Source: Felis catus (taxonomy: Eukaryota). From it: DNA of 64,000 nt. The DNA lies in NCBI RefSeq assembly GCF_018350175.1, contig NC_058369.1, positions 3,412,001 through 3,476,000 on the forward strand, in the 5' to 3' direction. The notes under the pieces are model-generated. The model saw only the letters and a program-made list of their open reading frames with translations, was not told the DNA's origin and searched no databases. Positions within the stretch are counted from its first letter, which is position 1; every line of letters begins with the position of its first letter. The translations under genes were made by a program, and so were the position numbers. Shown here piece by piece: positions 59,703 to 64,000 of this stretch.

Positions 59703-62129
59703 CTAGGGCCTTTCTCTGCAGGTCCTTTCAAGGGCTCGCCAAGCTCCAGGCTCCACCGGCCGAGCATCTGCCCCCAAGCTAGGAGCTGCCCCCCAAACCT
59801 GGGGACACAGAGGGGCGCTGCAGCAGGTCTCAGGGACACTTGCTGCTGTCCACTGGGGCCACTTCGACTTCACCGGAAGGCCACATTAGGACTGCACGTG
59901 CCGAGGCCCCCAGGACAGGCCTCCGGCCCCAGGCCTTGTCTTACCACCCGAGGGGGCATTATCCCCACAGGGGGCAGTGACATGTTGGTGCCAAGGGCCA
60001 CACCTAAGGAATCACCCGGTCCTTGAGACGTGGTGGAGCTGACATCCAGGCCCTAGGGTGGACGGCGACAGGCCTTCGGGCCTTGCTTCTGACCACGAAA
60101 TGAGGGCCCTGGCACTCGAACAGGCCTCAGACCATGGGGATTCACGGGACAGCTTTGAAACCTGCTCCAGACTCTCCCAAAGTACCCAACCCTGGTGTCA
60201 AGTGGGACAGGGCTGGCTGGTGTCAGGGCCGGGGGCCTGTTCCTCACGTCTTCCTGCCCACAAGGCAGGTTTGTGAACCGAACTATCCTTTCCTCTCCAG
60301 GCCCATGGCCACTGCCCCAGCTCACTACCCTAGAATATGTCCAAGTGCCCAGGGGTCCCCCCTCCTCCTCCCTTGCCTTCTTTAATCCATCCCTGGATGA
60401 AGCCCGACTCTGATCATACTGTCCCCAGCTCAGAGCTCCGCAAGGACCTGCCAGCCTGACATCAAGACCTGCCTCCCCAGTCCCGTTGCCCCTACGTCCT
60501 CCCAGGCCTCACTCCTTCCACACTTTGGGCACCAGCACTGCCTGTGACAGACCCTTCACACCAGCCTGGGTCCTGGCTGCCTGGTCACTTCTTCCTCCTC
60601 TTGGCTGTGAGGGCAGGGAGAGGGGTCTGTGCACTCCCCGCTGTGCCCCGGGCCTGGCCTGGGACAAGTGTGATGTGTGAACAAGGAGGGCCCCACCAGG
60701 CTCCCAGCCAACTGTGAAACAAAAGGGGGGTGCGTTCCACCTCCTTCACAAGCTGCCAGGCTCCCATCCCCAGTGGAGTGTCTCAGCTCGCCTCCAGCTT
60801 CTCCCGGGGAGGCAGGGTACAGGACTACGGGCCCACCTGTGTGCTCAACGCTCTCCCGAGAGAACCCATTTGGCCCTCGTAGCCTCACCTACGGCCACAC
60901 ACGGAAGCCATCCCAGCCACCCGGCTCAGGGTCTCACGCTCAGAAAGGATGTGTGAGGGGGCACCTGGGCGGCTCAGTCAGTTAAGCGTCCACCTTTGAT
61001 TTCCACTTGGGTCATGATTTCCCAGTCGTGAGATCAAGCCCCGCACCGGGTTCCTCGCTGACGGTGAAGCCTGCTTGAGATTCTCTCTCTCCCCCGTCCC
61101 TTCCCTGCTTGTGTGTACGTGTGTGTGCACTCTCTCTCTCAAAAAAAAAAAAAAAAAAAAAAAAAGACAGTTGAGGTTTCATCCTGGCCCTGCCTCACCC
61201 TGATGTGCAGCTGCCTCTGGTCTGTTTGTGTGGCGTGTGTGCGGCTGGGGGGGCCTCCCAAGAGTGAGCTCTGCCTGCCCTCCGGCCCTGTCTGGAAAGG
61301 CATGCCCAGCCACAGGTCCCTATGGCCCGTCCCCACTGCCCTGTGGCCCTCAGTTTCCCCATCTGTTGAACTGGCAACACGGCACTCCCCGAGGACAGGG
61401 CGCGTGGAGGCATCTGGGGGTGGCAGCCTGTGATAAAATCTGTCCCTCTCACCTCCCCAACTCCTCCTGAGTCTACCAGGCCTCCCACTCGCTCAGCCGG
61501 CCCCTTTCCTGCTGGGACAACGGCCTATGGCTCACGTCCCTCTGGTTCCCATGGGCCCCTGTCCACAAGGCAGCCAGAGGCTGGGCACTCCGGAAGCTGG
61601 CTGACACCTCTCCCCACCCTTTGATCAAAATCCAGCCGAGGCCCCGCCTCCACCACTGAAGCCCCGCCCCTCACCTCCAACCCCCGCCTGGCCCCTTATA
61701 AGCCGCGGAAGCCTGCTGCCCCAAACCCCACCCCTCGCCAGAGGGGCCGCCCTCTGCCCCGCCTTGGCCCCAACTCCTCTCCTGCTCCCTCCATCCACCC
61801 TGGTCTTTCGCCCCCGCGCTGCTGTCTCTGACAGCGTCCTGAGCCTGGTGTCTGCCCACCGCCCCCACCGCCCCACCAGGCTGAATCCCATCCCTACTCT
61901 CTAGCACCCTCAAACGTCCCCTCCTGGGGGAGCGCTTCTCTGAGCCCAGTCACACACAGACGCTTTCAGCACCCTGTACCGTTTCTCGGTTCCAGATAAA
62001 ATGGCGTGTGAGCGAGGATTTTCAGAACACCGGCCTCTCTCCACCAGGCTGGGCTGGGGTGGGTCTGGCCTGTCCCCTCGGCGTGCCCGGCACTGAGGGC
62101 AGCGTGGCCCCGGGCACCATCAGTGATCA

Positions 62130-62950
<821 letters not shown>

Positions 62951-63640
62951 AGCACTGGGGTTCCAGCTTGGCTGTCCCCAGGGAGCCCGGACCACACTCC
63001 AGACCGAGGAGAGCAGCCTCACCGGGACAGGGGGCCCAGGTGGGGTCAGCCTGCTTGGAGTGCCCGGCACTAAGGCGTGGGCCCAGGGCAGCCGTTCACC
63101 AGACAGAGCCCCACCAGAAGGTGGCGACACAGTTCCTTCCTTCAGAGAAAGGCCACTAGCAAAGCGTGACTCGGTGCGTCTAAGCCGGTCCCACGGACCC
63201 GGATGTTACAACCACGTGGACTTATGTCCTGAACCACCGCACGTCAAGTCCCACAGAACAGAGACCGATCAGGTTCAAGACCGACCGATGGCCCCACAGC
63301 GGGACACGTGCTTGGGGAGGGAGGGAGGCCCGCGTGTGCAAGGCAGTGGGACTCTAGGGCCTTCTTGCCATCATTCTGAGGGTAGGGCCGAGGTCTCCTC
63401 CCTCCAAGAGCACCCGGGTGCCCACCTGCCTCGGTAGGCAGCAAGCAGGGAGGCCCTCAAGGGGGCGGGAGGCGCCAATGCGGGAGGCACCGTGGACACC
63501 CAGCTTCGTGGAGGACCGGCCTGGGGCGGCCTCCCGGACACAGAAATGGCAGGGGCCGGGGAGGGGTGGTGGGAGAGAAAGCGGGGGGGGGGGGGGGGGG
63601 GGCCTTGGTGACCCAGAAGGCTGGAGCGGGCGGGGCCTTA

Positions 63641-64000
<360 letters not shown>

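Overview
Mammalian genomic DNA from a carnivore, most likely a felid. The evidence is dense tRNA-derived Can-SINEs with (CT)n and A-tails, including young copies with intact target-site duplications. The window is GC-rich and matches the conserved TNFAIP8L1-MYDGF-DPP9 block (human 19p13.3; SEMA6B would lie left of the window). It holds the complete TNFAIP8L1/TIPE1 gene (+; non-coding exon 1 near 25.2-25.3 kb, single coding exon 37508-38068). It also holds the complete six-exon MYDGF gene (-; 173 aa, all splice sites resolved) and the last three coding exons plus 3'UTR of DPP9 (-). The first ~24 kb has no recognisable protein-coding exon, only repeats (SINE, L1, L2, MIR, MLT1, MER) and CpG-rich putative regulatory patches. 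I found no convincing novel multi-gene system; nearly all other ORFs are GC-rich or repeat artefacts. The most notable local oddities are: a 167-bp templated duplication inserted into an old MLT1 LTR in MYDGF intron 2; a TSD-bounded solo LTR next to the MYDGF promoter; a duplicated start-codon/YY1 motif giving an in-frame upstream ATG for MYDGF; a candidate antisense promoter in the last DPP9 intron; and a GCC repeat in a CpG-island-like DPP9 3'UTR. Repeat family names and comparisons to human are from memory and need RepeatMasker or alignment confirmation.
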